Both the position numbers and the translations under genes were made by a program. A stretch of 63,992 bases of DNA, counting the filler, from Reticulomyxa filosa (lineage: Eukaryota; Protista; Foraminifera): the NCBI GenBank assembly GCA_000512085.1. It is 16 parts of 16 records of this genome, joined end to end, with 100 filler letters (N's around TTAATTAATTAA, not from the genome) between each part and the next. Parts side by side here need not be neighbours in the genome. Positions count along the whole stretch, not along the records: positions 48,268 to 51,608 come from ASPP01034663.1; positions 51,709 to 59,515 come from ASPP01025996.1; positions 59,616 to 60,664 come from ASPP01037177.1; positions 60,765 to 62,888 come from ASPP01015838.1; positions 62,989 to 63,992 come from ASPP01034029.1; 11 more parts are not named here. One strand, 5' to 3'. Numbering within the stretch: position 1 is the stretch's first letter; every line of letters starts with the position of its first letter. This document shows positions 51,201 through 63,992 of the stretch, in pieces. The notes under the pieces were generated by a model, which ran no database searches, was not told where the DNA came from, and saw nothing but the letters and a program-made list of their open reading frames with translations.

Positions 51201-51608
51201 TTTGAACGAATTAATCAAGTATTGTGATAAACAAGCTTTTGAATGGGAATTTCCAACTCATCAATTAAAGTGGGATAACAGTAATATTGACAAGGATATT
51301 CAATATCCTTGTTTGAATAGCCAAATCGAACAAGTTTCTAATGATGAGAATGCATTCAAAGAATGTTACACTGTTGTTCATGAAGCAGCAAAATCAGGAA
51401 ACTTGTCAAAATTTAAATCGATATTGCAAAATCATTCTAACATTGACATAAATGATTCGTGTAATGAACATCGACAAACTCCATTGCATTTGGCAATCAA
51501 TCATCAACATTGGGATATTGCTCGTTATTGCATTGAACAAGGTGCATATATTGATATCAAAGATGGTGCTGTCAACTCTCTCATCTTAAGAACTCCTTTT
51601 GAAAATAT
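48268..51608 (+). CDS. STAND/NACHT-type protein fragment: winged-helix motif, HEAT repeats, ankyrin repeats; partial at both ends
   Basis: Starts with HLTFQEWLAAYYL (NACHT winged-helix motif). Tandem ~39-aa L.D....VR..CA..LG.I..K...KQL repeats are followed by VHEAAKSGNL and QTPLHLAI..HWDIARYCIEQGA. Confidence 0.85.
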
Positions 51609-51708
51609 NNNNNNNNNNNNNNNNNNNNNNNNNNNNNNNNNNNNNNNNNNNNTTAATTAATTAANNNNNNNNNNNNNNNNNNNNNNNNNNNNNNNNNNNN
51701 NNNNNNNN

Positions 51709-52843
51709 TATTTAATACAACAATAGTCGGAGTCCCTGTTGGCGATGGTAAACACGTACAAAAAGAAATGGACGTTGTTCTCCAAGATTGGAACTTCCAG
51801 TTCGAAAGCCTTCTAAGTCTGAAACACGTGCAGACCATGCTCATCCTCCTCAGAAATTCAATGAACGCAACCAAAGCCAAGTACCATATGAAGGCAAATT
51901 TCCTCAGAGGAGCCCACAACTGGACAACTCAGTTTGACGAGAAGATAAAACGATGCAAAGACTCCATACTCGCCTGCCCTCTTACGAATTGTCAATGGCT
52001 TCATTACCAGATGCCGATAAAAAAGGGGATTAGGCCTCAATTCTGCAAATGCCCAATCCAGCGAGGTATTCATTATATCCGCTCCAGCAGCAAGCCAAAA
52101 ATCACCATAGATCCACTCCCATATCCAAAATATCTAATGGAAATCACAATTTAAAGTTGAAGATATCATCGCGCATTATAACAAAAATACACTGTTGCAA
52201 GATAACATTATCGACTGTATTTTCATACCAAACCAATCCCGCACTAAAAAGATCACATCGCGTATACAAGGCGAATCTCGTTATAAATTGGCACCAGAAC
52301 ACCGCACATTGGTTAATGCTATAGCCAAACCACATGCATCGGGCTTTCTCAATGCTCGTCCCAGCAAATTCCAGCGCTCGCTCTTTGACAACTGCGGGTT
52401 TCGTTCCTTGCTGCGCTTCCGCCTAGGCAAAGGCATACTTTCAATACCAAGTGCCAAGCAAATCCTGCTTGCACAACACAAATGGATAAATTAATGTTAA
52501 CCATGATTGTGTTGCCATTTCAGTAAAGGCCGTGTTGCCCGCCACGATGGAGTAACCGCTTGCATTTCCAACCTATTGAAGCGAGCTTGTATTCCACACT
52601 AGATGGAAGTATGTGCCAGCACCGACTCCGCTGCGAGCAGGCAAACAAATCGTATACCCCTCTCATTGCAGAAACAACATGCGGATGGCACCAAGACGTA
52701 TGAAAGCTCTTCGACAAGCTGGCACAAGTCATCGCAGATATACATGGTGCAGATCTAACCAAGACCAAGACAAACATATACATACATTGAGCATTCAACT
52801 TCATAAAGGGAATGCTCACATGCTTAACTCCTATTGCGGATAA
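51709..52843 (+). mobile_element. 3' part of a decayed CRE/SLACS-clade non-LTR retrotransposon (RT thumb, CCHC region, RLE remnant)
   Basis: Across frameshifts: IVGVPVG, QTMLILLR, WLHYQMPIKK(G)GLGL, ASGFLNARP..FRSLLRFRLG, C..SKGRVARHDGV, YTPLIAETTCGW and TLSIQLHKGNAHML*. Confidence 0.8.
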
Positions 52844-53268
52844 TAATAAAAAAGTTTTAATGATAATCGACATGACACCGAATGAAAATTTTTTTTTCGA
52901 AAATGATTAAGTGTTCATAAATAATTCAAAGACTAAGTCACCATTCTTGTGTTCTTCAATTTTGATTTTTAAAAATAAAAAATTTGCTTTTGTTTTCATA
53001 TTTTGTTTTGCTTTCTCTCATTCTAAAAAACGGGAATTTATTTCCAATTATTATTAAAACTTGAGCAACTATTTAACTTCCACACCACAAGAGATAATAC
53101 GCAAACCTTTTTATATCAGTGAAATATCGAAGTTAACACAAAAGTTTAGTAGTTTTGGTAGAGTCACTATTGGTGAAGTTTAACAAAATTATTATAAATA
53201 AGTTGGACTATCATAAGCTCTTACCCTAAACTTCAAACATTGAATCCGAACATCACTAGTTCGCGGTC

Positions 53269-56200
53269 ATGCAGTCTTTAGCTTCTGATATCTCTTTCTT
53301 TCAGTTAGTTAGCAATGAAAAAGAAAAATTGTGCGGATTTTTTGGAGAAATTGCCACTAAGACAGACGGTTATTTATCGTCGAATTCTGATATCGACCCC
53401 CGAAACCTCGCTCCCGACCTGGAAAAACCCCCTTCGAACGTTGTATCTTCAGTTTTTCCAGTACCGTTATCCTTACCTAAAGTTTTGATAAATAAAGTCG
53501 GCTCGTCCGGCAACTCACACGTCTCCAACCGGAGTGCAAAAGAAAATGGCCTCATCAAGGGAAGACGACTCTGTCGAAAACGTACCCAAAAAGAAACTGT
53601 CGTCTGGCCATAACCAGAACTCTCTGGGTAGAAAGGCAAGAGGTATAGATAAAAATGCTAGTAGTCATAAAGGTAAGATAATGATGGAAAATGGGAAAAG
53701 CGAGATTTACCAACACTGGCTACATGAAGAGGCGGAAATTCGGCTAAAAGGGAACTATTCGTATACAGACCAGTCGACAATGCAACTAGTTGAAATTCAA
53801 GTAGCAGAAAATCAGTCGTATGTGAGACCTGTAGGCGCAGAACGAATGATAACCGAACAAACAACAAAAAAACGGGCAGTTCCAAAGCAATCTGGGGCGG
53901 AAAAGCTAGGTACGGAAATTGCAGAAAAACATTGTAGTGTGAGGCAAACAAGCGGGGAACAACTAGTTGCAATACAAGTTACGGAGAGACAGCCAGTTGC
54001 AAAGCCAAAAGACATGGAGCAACTAGTCGAAAAGCAGGCAATAGGAAAGCAGTCAGCTTCAATGTGTACAGATTTAGTACAATTAGTAGAAAAACAACCA
54101 GTAAGAAAATCGATGGTAGCGAGTCGTACCTACTGGAAACAACTAGTCAAAGGACCAGGAGTCGAAAGTCAACCGCAGGTTGAAGAAGATGACAGTACGA
54201 GTTCGGAAAAGGAAAAACTTAGGCGAACAATCGAAAAGCTCGACTGTTCTTTGCAGCATATGAAAAGAATTATAGTGAACGAGCTGCAGATGGGGGAAAG
54301 AGAAGCAGAATATGGTAAAAAGGACATTGAAAGGCCCTCATGTGGCTAATACCGACATCCAAATCGTAGTCAATAGTGAACATAAAGGGTTGTTGCCTAC
54401 TGGCGTCCAACCACCAACGCTATACTTGGAAAAAATTGAGGGGCAACTGGCTAGCAACGAACCGACGCTCGCCATAGCAAAAAAGCGATTCTACGAAACA
54501 AAACTCAACGTCACCATACCTTCCCCAAGTAACATCGAGGCACCTAGCCAGACAGTAGTCGCAGAGGAACCAATGTGGAATTTCGCAAGTGCGAAACAGA
54601 CACAATTGTACACCCGTCCAACACACGGTGACAAGTTTGTACCCCAAGCATTGGAAGTTAAAGCAGAAAGGGGACCCCGGCTTCCACGACCTCAATTCTC
54701 ACCATCATCCCTCTGTCACATACGCCGAACAACTGGCGCCAGCAGCCAACCAGCCATTTATCGCCAAAGCATCCACCATATCCAAATCGTATTGCCCCCG
54801 AAACGTGAACCTGTGGCAACCCCCACAGGCAGAGTCCTTCCAGCCAATGCATTGAGAGGAACCAGAGCGCAATCAATGGCAAACGCAGCCAACAGGGCAG
54901 ACTTTCCCGGAACAGGACAATCCCCTAACGGCGTCGCCGCCAGCAAGAATTAGCATTAAAGACTCCTCATCTCAGAATGGCTTAACTCTGCGAGGAACGA
55001 ATGATATATTGTACCAGCGAGTGAACCCCCTACCTTCAACATCTCCCATGGCACTACAAATGGACCGTATATCAATCAGCGACCATGCTACACTCGAGAA
55101 CTCATCCAGCAACTCCGGTGGAGGCATTGCAACGTTGGAGCATAGCAGTAGACAGTCACATCAAAGTGAACAAAAGAGGCTGTCACATACTAGCGCCCAT
55201 CCACTAACGCAACCCTTGGAAAAAATCGAGAGGCATCCGATTAGCATCGAACCGGCGCTCGCCAAAGCTGGAAATCAACACAACGAAGAGGAACCCAACG
55301 TCAACACAACCTCCCCGAATAACATCGATGCGCATAGCCGGACAGACGTCGGGGTTGAACCAATTTGGAATTTCGCAAGTGCGAAACAGATACGATCGTG
55401 CATACGTCCATCACACGGCGACAAACTTCGGCCTTTGCCTCGGGTCCACCCTTCAACTTCATCTACCCAAAATACCACCACATCGTTTACAAAGCGCGAA
55501 GCACCGAATGAGCCTCTTCCAGGCCACCTACCTGTGTTGCAGTTAATGCTCCAAAGCCAAAGCCAAGGCCAAGGCTCCCAGTGTGACCAATCATTTGTGA
55601 AAGAACAAACCCATCCGGTAGTCCACACGGCCCCGAGTTGTGAGGTGAAAAGAAGTAGCTCACTCTCATCCGAGTGCAGTAAACAGGCAGAAGAAGATGA
55701 TGAGCATCAACAAGAGTGGCAAGCGAATGAGAATCAACCGCCGGTACCAAACGATCGACCAGTTACCCCAAATAAGCAATTTCGCAACCCACAGGAGAAC
55801 ATCCCCTTTCGCTTGATGGCCTCTTAATTGGGACAAAGCTGTCAATCAACTCGCAAAATGCCGAAGTCCCCAGCACAGGGCCAATAACAAGCAGTCCAAA
55901 GATATCATTGACCGCCTTGCAGTCAATTGGAGTGGAATCAATCGTGAAGGCGCTGACACCTGCCGAAATTGCGCCAGAGAGACAACCAACACAATTGGCT
56001 CCTAGTGTTCATTCGCAATGTGATTTTGGCAAGACTGAAGCTACGATCGATTCAATCTCGACATCATTAAATGGACAGAAACAATCGACCACATATCCAT
56101 CATATTTCGTCAATAATATAGCCATTGCAACTAGGAGTGCAATGAAACAGCCCCCTTGATAGCGAAAGTGGTGCTGAAATCCAAAACGTCTTACTCCCGA

Positions 56201-59200
56201 GCTATATGTTCGAATTGCCACCGGCGCAGAAAGGCCAAAGTCAGGGGCCCCCCAGAGCACAGACACAAGCACAAACACTAGCTGTCCCTCAAAGCGTTTC
56301 GGACCGAACAAACTCTCCTAAAGTGTGGTGTGGAGACACAACTCCCCTGCCATTCACTGAAATCACCAATCCGAAGTGCCAACGACCACGACGAAGTATT
56401 ATCTAGCACTGAATACCCCAGAGGCAAAAACAACGAAGATGTTGACTCCAGTTCGTCGAGCAATGAACTTGAACCTCCTAATGGAGGGACGGGCACAGAC
56501 ACTGATGATGACACTGAGTTTACCGCACACATTGCAACACACAAATTGGAAACAAGAATACTCTCGTCCAGTAATACGCCATCTCGTTATATGAAAAGTG
56601 TCAGCCGATCCAAGCCTTCATTACAGCGAAATTCTCAAGAGCGACAGAATAATGATTTCGCCATGCAAACGGATCAAATGATATCGCGAAAATCAAGGCG
56701 GGCATGCAAGGCCAACAATGCAATCATGGCAGTAAGCATCATGGATGAAGTAGTCGTTCCAGTAGTGCCGCGTACCAGTGTCATCCCAAATGGCGAGATA
56801 TCAAAAAATTTACCAGCTCCGGATGCTCCTATCGCACATATTGCTCATCACGTGGGTACAGAGACTACATCAAATCCACCAACGTATTCCAGTATTCATA
56901 TCCACCAAGTACAGCCAACCACAAGTGAACAGTCAACACCTCCAACAATTGCCACGGGAGCATCGACACCCGAATATTCACACGAACAGCTTCATGACGC
57001 CCATATGATCCAAACGTGTCAAATGTTGAAGTCCACGAACGTTTTAACCAATGTGACACGCTCACCTCAGTCGTCCGGAATGCCATCCTCTCAAATTACT
57101 GCGAACCAACGTGACTTCAATCTTCCGCAGGCAACTGACGTCCCCCCGGCGAGTGCAAATGGATCCAAATCAAAGCAATCATTGTTCAATCAAGCAACAT
57201 TAGAGAAATTGAAGCCACCACCCACCATCAAGCAGCAGAAATGTAATTCCTTCCAAGCAGTTAGAAGCACGCGCCACCATTCGGCTGTATTATCACGTCA
57301 TGACACAGACATCAAGGAGAGGCAGTGGACCCACGGGTATCTTGTGTCTCGTACAAACGGACGCCGCCAGTGACACCACATGCCCTTCCACGTTAATGCA
57401 ATCAAATGCTATCCAAATTGTGCAAGCATCAGCAACCCCAGCCGGCCATACTTCCAATTCGAATGTTGTCCCTCTAGTCGTTCAGTCAGATGGCAAAATG
57501 AGCACCTTCTCACGGCCAATGCTCCAGTTGGGCAATCCAATCAAAATATATGCAAGAATATTGGATTTTGGAGTGTTTAATGTAGTGAACAATACACGAA
57601 GGTTACGAATAATCTGGTCGCAACGAGAATGGGCATAACCTCGAAAGGAGGCAATTATTATCCCTTTGACAAGGTTTTCGTCTCCTCTGTTGGTACTATT
57701 GATGTAATTCAGCAAGTTACAAACCCGTCAATTATAGCTGCTCTCGGAGGACAATCTAGTGTACTTTGTATGTATGTCCAATCATTTGCTAGCGACTCAT
57801 TGCCATCAACCAACACCTCGTTACCAATATTGCGTTTTATGGTGGATGAAGTACTCCGGGGTTCCCAAGCGCTAACCATTTCATTAAATTTATCCTCTAT
57901 AGAATTTGATGGAACAAATAAATCGAAAATTAGAGCATTTGATCTTTTAGACGATATCAACATTCATGCATCCCTCAACGATCAGAAAAAGGGATGCTCG
58001 TTGCTTAACTTATTGAAAGTATCAAAAAGAAAAATCGAAAATATATTATGTTTGGAGAACGCATTAGCGGATATCTGGGCAGCATCTCATCGCCCCAAGT
58101 GTCTGGTCAATCAACTCCCCCAGGCCACATAATTTACAATTTATCCATCTGCCAAACATTTGTCAAGATTGACCAAGAATTCTAAATGAATGGTGATATT
58201 TGTATTGTTGATTTAGTTGGGGATACCCCAAATATTGTGACTCGTTTTTACAATAATTTAACCAAACAAACATCAGTTCATAATGATATCTTGCATAGTC
58301 TTGAATTAGCATGCATTTCTTCAGGTCTAAAGCAATTCCGAACCATTTTAAAAAATTTTAACAGAGCCAATTTGAATTACCGGGACCAACATTAATGCAG
58401 TGAATGGAGGAAAATTTTGTTGTCGTGCATGGCTAAGTCCTCTAGCATATCAATCCTGTTTTCGATCGATCCAACGGTTGAGGCTGCGCCCTGGACCGAC
58501 AAAGACCTTCAATTTGCAGCGGACATCTCGAATATAACGATATCATCAAAGGAACCTAATATAACAGTGAGTATTATCCCTTCAGGAACGCTGAAGATTC
58601 AAACCAACGATGAACTCAATATCATTAATGGTACCGAACTCTCTTCGGGCTCGCCATAAAAAATCATTCCAACACCTGACTTGCGTTCAACAAGCCAAGG
58701 CAATACCCCCATCCAACGACAAGAAATGGAGGCCCGCCAACAAGTTCGATCCACAATTGAGTGCATACCATCGCAGCACCGGACATCCTTCCAGTCAATA
58801 TCTAGCGCTACCGATTCGCAGGACAGTAAAGAAGATACACACACTGATCCCTTCGCCAATGTAATTCAGCAATTGGAAAATCGTAACAATGCTAACACTT
58901 GCCAGGAACAGCAGAAAGGCGTCGAATCGGAGACCTCGAATAACAAGCAATCCGCAGTTAGAGCTCATTGAAGCAGCGGCACCCGACACCAGCGCTGACC
59001 AACGTAGCTCTTACCATGGATCATTTGAGCAAGATGAATTATTTACCATCTCCCCATCCCATCTTCTGATCCACCTCAATCGTCAAGTGTTGTGCAATCG
59101 AATGCTCACAACAGATTTCAATGTCCTGTTCATTGATGATCATCCTCCCTCAAGTCGGAAGCGGGCATGCATATCTACGTCAACGCTAATATGGCTTACA

Positions 59201-59515
59201 AGTCAAACGCCCGAATCCCCCAGTCATACTTTCAAGCTTTCGGAAGGATTATATGCATCGTTGCAGGTGCATTTTGCCAATTTCTGTCGCAGTCGATAAC
59301 ATGCGTAAGAACTGTTATGACGATATGATCAAGCAACAAAAGGCCTTTCGCGATCGCCGTTCCAGATTGCAGCAGTCAACATAGCAAAAATATCCGGAGA
59401 TATGCAGTGTATGGCAACTGCCGACCATAATCGATATCATTAACAAGCCCGCAAAAATCATTGGCCGTGTACCCAAGGCTGTGCGAAGCTCGTTTGCATC
59501 AATCGCAGCATGGGC
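53269..59515 (+). mobile_element. Long decayed S/T/P/Q-rich ORF, probably the 5' part of the next CRE-like copy
   Basis: About 6 kb of intronless, co-oriented ORF fragments broken by stops and frameshifts. Ends with GRVPKAVRSSFASI, resembling the pre-RT motif of CRE elements. Internal duplication EP(M/I)WNFASAKQ..RP(T/S)HGDK. Confidence 0.55.
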
Positions 59516-59678
59516 NNNNNNNNNNNNNNNNNNNNNNNNNNNNNNNNNNNNNNNNNNNNTTAATTAATTAANNNNNNNNNNNNNNNNNNNNNNNNNNNNN
59601 NNNNNNNNNNNNNNNTATTATTATACGTATATAAATATAATATATACATAAATATATATATGTATGGGCTGTTTTTAG

Positions 59679-60027
59679 CGTGAACTTGACACATCATTGT
59701 TTGTGCGCCTGATCAACAACGGCAGACATGTGTATGTTGCAGCAAAACTGGAGACATGATCGCATTACCATCAACACCGTATCGAGCTCAACGGGAAAAA
59801 AATTAAATGATTTGTATGGGAGATCATATAAACAATGCTTCGAAGTTTGCATTGTGGACAAATTTCAGGGAAATGAAATTAAAGTTAGCATTTTCATTGC
59901 GGCCAGAGTCAAAGATATGAATAATGTAGGGTTTTTGAAAGAAAGAGCTCGCGTCAATGTCATGCTGACAAGACCTAGGTTAGGGTTAATTGTTGGTAAT
60001 ATCAAGGAAATGCTATTTAATAAATGA
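59679..60027 (+). pseudogene. SF1 (UPF1/DNA2/NAM7-like) helicase C-terminal fragment
   Basis: SLFVRL..MLQQNWR, VDKFQGNE, VGFL..RVNVMLTRPR. Spacing between the motifs looks shortened. Confidence 0.75.
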
Positions 60028-62528
60028 TCTATCTTCCATTTATTAAAGACACTTTATTGTTACTTTTTTTTTTGTGAATTAGTGTTATATTGTAGATGTT
60101 TTTTTTCTATCTTCAATTCGATGAATTTTAATAATTTGAAATAATTTCATCATTAATTTTCGAAATGAATAAGTTTCTATTCTATTGTAAAAAATGCAAA
60201 AAATTTGTTTATAAAAATATGATTAAAGTTAGTCCCTTGTTTGAGTTTTTCTTCACATACAAAAACTGTTTTGTACTTTTGTTTTTTTGTTAAACTGTTA
60301 ATTGTTTTATAAACAAGTTGTATTGACAAGTACAAGCCCGTATGCTTGATCAGAGATGTTTTTAAATTTATTTTTTTTTTGCGAAAACGCTGATACAATT
60401 CAGGTAACGTATTTTCGTTAAATTGTTTGATCAGCACATTCCCTTACGACTGAGTCAAAGTGACGTATAATTTTTTCTGATTCATTGTTAAAAATCTTTT
60501 TCACGAAATTGCAAAACTAATAATAAAAACAAATAGACTTGCGCTGTTCCGAACAAAGATATAATTTTTTTTCACAGGAAATATCTTTGCTGTTTTATGA
60601 AATAACAGTTCAGTTCACAATTAAAAAGAAATGTGATCATTGATTTTTAAAATAAAGTTGGAGTNNNNNNNNNNNNNNNNNNNNNNNNNNNNNNNNNNNN
60701 NNNNNNNNTTAATTAATTAANNNNNNNNNNNNNNNNNNNNNNNNNNNNNNNNNNNNNNNNNNNNTTTAAAAACCCGGAATTCAAACCCTTTCGGTTCCAA
60801 CCAAAGAGGAGGCCATGGAAGTCGTAAGTCTGCTGATCCATGAAGATTCGTTCCGAGAGTTGAAAGAGCTGGATTTGTCTCATGGATGCGAAATTTTGGG
60901 GGAACTGGATTTGAGTGATTTACGTGATGAACGGAACATCAAAATTTTGAAGCCGAAAAACACTCCGCATCAACAACGGCTATCTGCAGATGCAAACACT
61001 GATGATGATGTTGAAGATTGAAACTAACACTGCTTTCCTTGTATTCGTGTTGTCACTTTGTCAATTTGCTCTATGTATTTTAATTCTGGTTTGTGAACAA
61101 TAAGCGCCGGCAAAAACAAGATACTAAAAAAAAAAAAAAACAAATATAAAATAATCCCGGTTTTGAGAATTTGTTTTTACTTTTTGAAACTCTACACTTT
61201 CATTTTCTGGCACTTGATAATTTATTGCATTTACCCCTTTTTTTTAGCTTCTTATCGTGTAATGGTAAATAAACAAATATTTTCAGTTCTGGAGTGGATG
61301 AAGCCAGCAAGAAACAATTCCTTCAAAATGCAACAATGCTTGTTATAAAACTTTCACAAAAGTTAGATCATGATTTCTATTTTAAATATATGATCGACTT
61401 TTTAAAAACTTTTACTTGGAAATGCTCCAAAAGGAATGCCAAAGCTGCTGGCTACAAGTTGACAAACGCAAGGGTAAACGTTAAACACAAAAAAGTGCCT
61501 GATTACGTGTTAAAAGAAAAATTAAGTGAGCAACTCCCGTTCAATACTAAATCAGTTAGCGAATCATTTTAGAAGATAATTTTATTTTGGACGAAATTTC
61601 ACAATGACGGATACCAAACCAAGTTCAAAGCCTACAGACAGGAAAAAAATTATTTACAAAGACGAAGTACTGGAACAGGAACTAGAATACATCCGCATGA
61701 AGAAAAATGTGCGTAAGCAGGCATTACCGCAAATTGAGCAAATTGTTTCTTATCTAATCGTGCCAATGTTAGGTGCAATAGTCTAAAAAAATTGGGTGTA
61801 TCAATACCTTTGGTACCAACTGCGGCTGGGATATCATTTTGTTCCAAATGTGGACATGCAAGTGATCTATCCAAAGTTGCACTTGTTCGAACATAGCCAC
61901 TTCGATCCAACAACCACAACATTAAGAAAAAAACACTTGCGTGCATCCTTGTTCCTACATGGTATTTTATCTCATCGGGCAATTTGTTGTGTGAAAAGTC
62001 TTCCACAGTTTTTTTATTGCATACATAAGCACTGTCATGAAAAATCGGGAAGATTCTTTAGATAATGAATGTGACGAGATAACACGTCCATTTTTTTGCT
62101 TTTTGATTTGTTGGGCACCATTTAGAGGAGTGATTTTCTGATAAAAATAAACAGTAACAAAAAAAGTTTGAACATTTATTATTCCAATGCGCTCACAAAA
62201 ACTTTGGCTGAAACATAATTAAGGAATTTCATTTTTATAAAAAATGTGAGAATTCAAATTACGATAATGCCTTATTTTGATCAACAACACTACAAATATG
62301 ATATTTGTTGCAATAGCACTAACAGCAATGAATAAATTTAGAGTGATGAGCATAAGTTATCTTAAAACAAAAAAGCATCTAGATTGAAAGAGTAAATTTA
62401 TTTAGCTAACACCTATGTTTTCCTTTTGTTGCAAAATAACTTTTGCAAACTTTTTCGTGAAAGTGATTTGATGCAATATGTTGTTAGTGAAATTCAAAAA
62501 AAAAAAAAAATTGAATTGATTGTGGATC

Positions 62529-62862
62529 ATGCGGTCCTCATCTTCATTATTAAAGCAAAGATCTTTCATAGGTCGTTCGTATTCCCAGCCAAATGCCAAA
62601 TATAAGTCTGCGTTGCGTAAATCGAAGGTTGCAGCGAACCATATGTTGTGTCTGACCTTGTTGATGGTTCTAATTGCGCAAACAGTGAAAACCGCATATC
62701 CATTATTTGTTGAGTCTTCTTTTTCCAACGCAACAATCTCACAAATTCATGCCGGCACACTGTCGTTATTTTTTCTTGTAGCACTGGGTAACCTTCTCTT
62801 GCCAAGTCTGGGAGACCAGTTTGGCTTTGATAAAATTCAATTTTATAGTAGTTTATTTTGTG
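62529..62862 (+). CDS. Membrane protein, MFS-like, first exon only
   Basis: Hydrophobic helices and LPSLGDQFGF (motif A-like G..SD.FG), followed by a GTAAG donor. Confidence 0.5.
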
Positions 62863-62988
62863 GTAAGTATTTTCGTTTAAAAAAAAAANNNNNNNNNNNN
62901 NNNNNNNNNNNNNNNNNNNNNNNNNNNNNNNNTTAATTAATTAANNNNNNNNNNNNNNNNNNNNNNNNNNNNNNNNNNNNNNNNNNNN

Positions 62989-63935
62989 GCAGCTGTGGTT
63001 GTTGTGATTGTGGCTGCTGTGATTGTTGTTGGTGCTGATGTCGCTGCAGCTGCGGCCGTGATTGTTGTTGGGGTTGCTGCTGTTGGTGGTCTTGTGCATG
63101 TTGTTGCTTCTATTATTGGTCACATATCATACAAATTCAAATAATATCAAATCTATTTACTCAATTATTCAACAGACATAATGCAATATACCCTTAATCT
63201 TCGGCAACATAGCCTATCACAGCATTTGCCCAATGTATCCATCCACCCATTGACGCACCAACATATGTTATCATAAATCTGCAGCATCTATTTTCATTCA
63301 TCGTCAATTCCAATCCAAATCACAAAAAAAAAAAAAAATATCGTCATCAATTCTGTGCAAGCTTTTCTTTTTAGAAACGCAAAAAAAAAAAAAGTAACTC
63401 GTGCTCGTTTTGATGTGCGCCCTGCCTCTTGCGTAATCTCGTCGTCATTGACTTGGCGCATGCTTCGTTTTGTTGGTTTTCGTCGTTGCTGCTTTGGTTG
63501 CTCGGATTGTTGTTGGACTTGCTGGCGCTTTTGTTCGTCTTGTTGGGGCAGCTGCTGTGGTTGTTGTGGCAGTAGTTGTTGTTGTTGGGACTGCTGCGAT
63601 TGCTGTTGTGGCTCTTGTGATTCTTGTGTATGGCCACTAGACACGACCTTTGGATTCACCTGCACATTATATTTAATTGGTCTATTTGTTGATTATCCAC
63701 ATGACACAAAGATATTAACAAAGATCAAACCTTGCGTCGCTTCCTTGGTGGTTCCATTGAGCCTTTCTTCGACAATGGCTTCAATAAGCCTTTTTTCTTT
63801 GGCTTCGCTTTGGCTCGTTTCTTCGGCTTCGTTGAGCCACTCTTTGTCGATGGCTTCTTTAAGCCTTTCTTCTTTGGCTTCAAGGAGCTTTTCATGCTGC
63901 GTAAGCTCCTCTTTTGCGGTTTTTTCTTGATACCG
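62989..63935 (-). CDS. Low-complexity Q/E/K-rich protein fragments, multi-exon, partial
   Basis: Poly-Q exon (63665-63400), a coiled exon with a repeated EAKE(R/K)RL.EAI, and a Q/H/P-rich exon at the contig start. Confidence 0.5.
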
Positions 63936-63992
63936 CTATCATCTATTTATTACAGTTTGGTGTATGTGTACATTTTTTTTAATTGATACACC

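Larger units (their letters stand above)
21202..62988. other. Artificial contig-joining spacers (15 copies of N44-TTAATTAATTAA-N44)
   Basis: Identical 100-bp spacers start at 21202, 22314, 24161, 27132, 29733, 31591, 33037, 41554, 44410, 46521, 48168, 51609, 59516, 60665 and 62889. The core places stops in all six frames. Confidence 0.99.

Noticed and set aside
21202-62988. Regularly recurring TTAATTAATTAA palindrome flanked by Ns
   Set aside because: Synthetic six-frame-stop linker joining contigs. It is not a CRISPR repeat or biological motif, and adjacency across it is meaningless.
63355-63930. Cys-rich metallothionein-like ORF on the + strand
   Set aside because: Antisense shadow of CAA/CAG poly-Gln codons on the - strand.

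Overview
Eukaryotic, AT-rich, intron-containing DNA. The window is not contiguous: it is 16 scaffold pieces joined by an artificial 100-bp spacer (N44-TTAATTAATTAA-N44). The WD40 family signatures and intron style resemble the foraminiferan Reticulomyxa filosa (inferred, not verified). Recognisable genes are an MMPL/RND transporter, a CRIB+LisH+F-box+pseudo-Rab protein, a Kaptin-like gene possibly fused to a DEP domain, a small heat-shock protein, Skp1, partial Raptor, an M13 peptidase remnant, an SF1 helicase fragment, and several WD40 genes and pseudogenes. The most striking feature is a single-ORF 1768-aa NLR/STAND-like protein (14328-19634). Its N-terminal effector region carries the motifs of a RelA/SpoT-type alarmone synthetase, followed by a NACHT-like NTPase, pentapeptide repeats and 15 WD40 repeats with hypervariable positions. 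Also notable are a second STAND-like gene with HEAT/ankyrin repeats, a compact cluster of decayed paralogous virus-like ORFs ending 175 bp from a (TTAGGGC)5 telomere-like cap, and a decayed, probably tandem, CRE-clade non-LTR retrotransposon. Several frameshifts fall in homopolymer runs and may be sequencing errors. All domain calls are by eye; no database searches were run.
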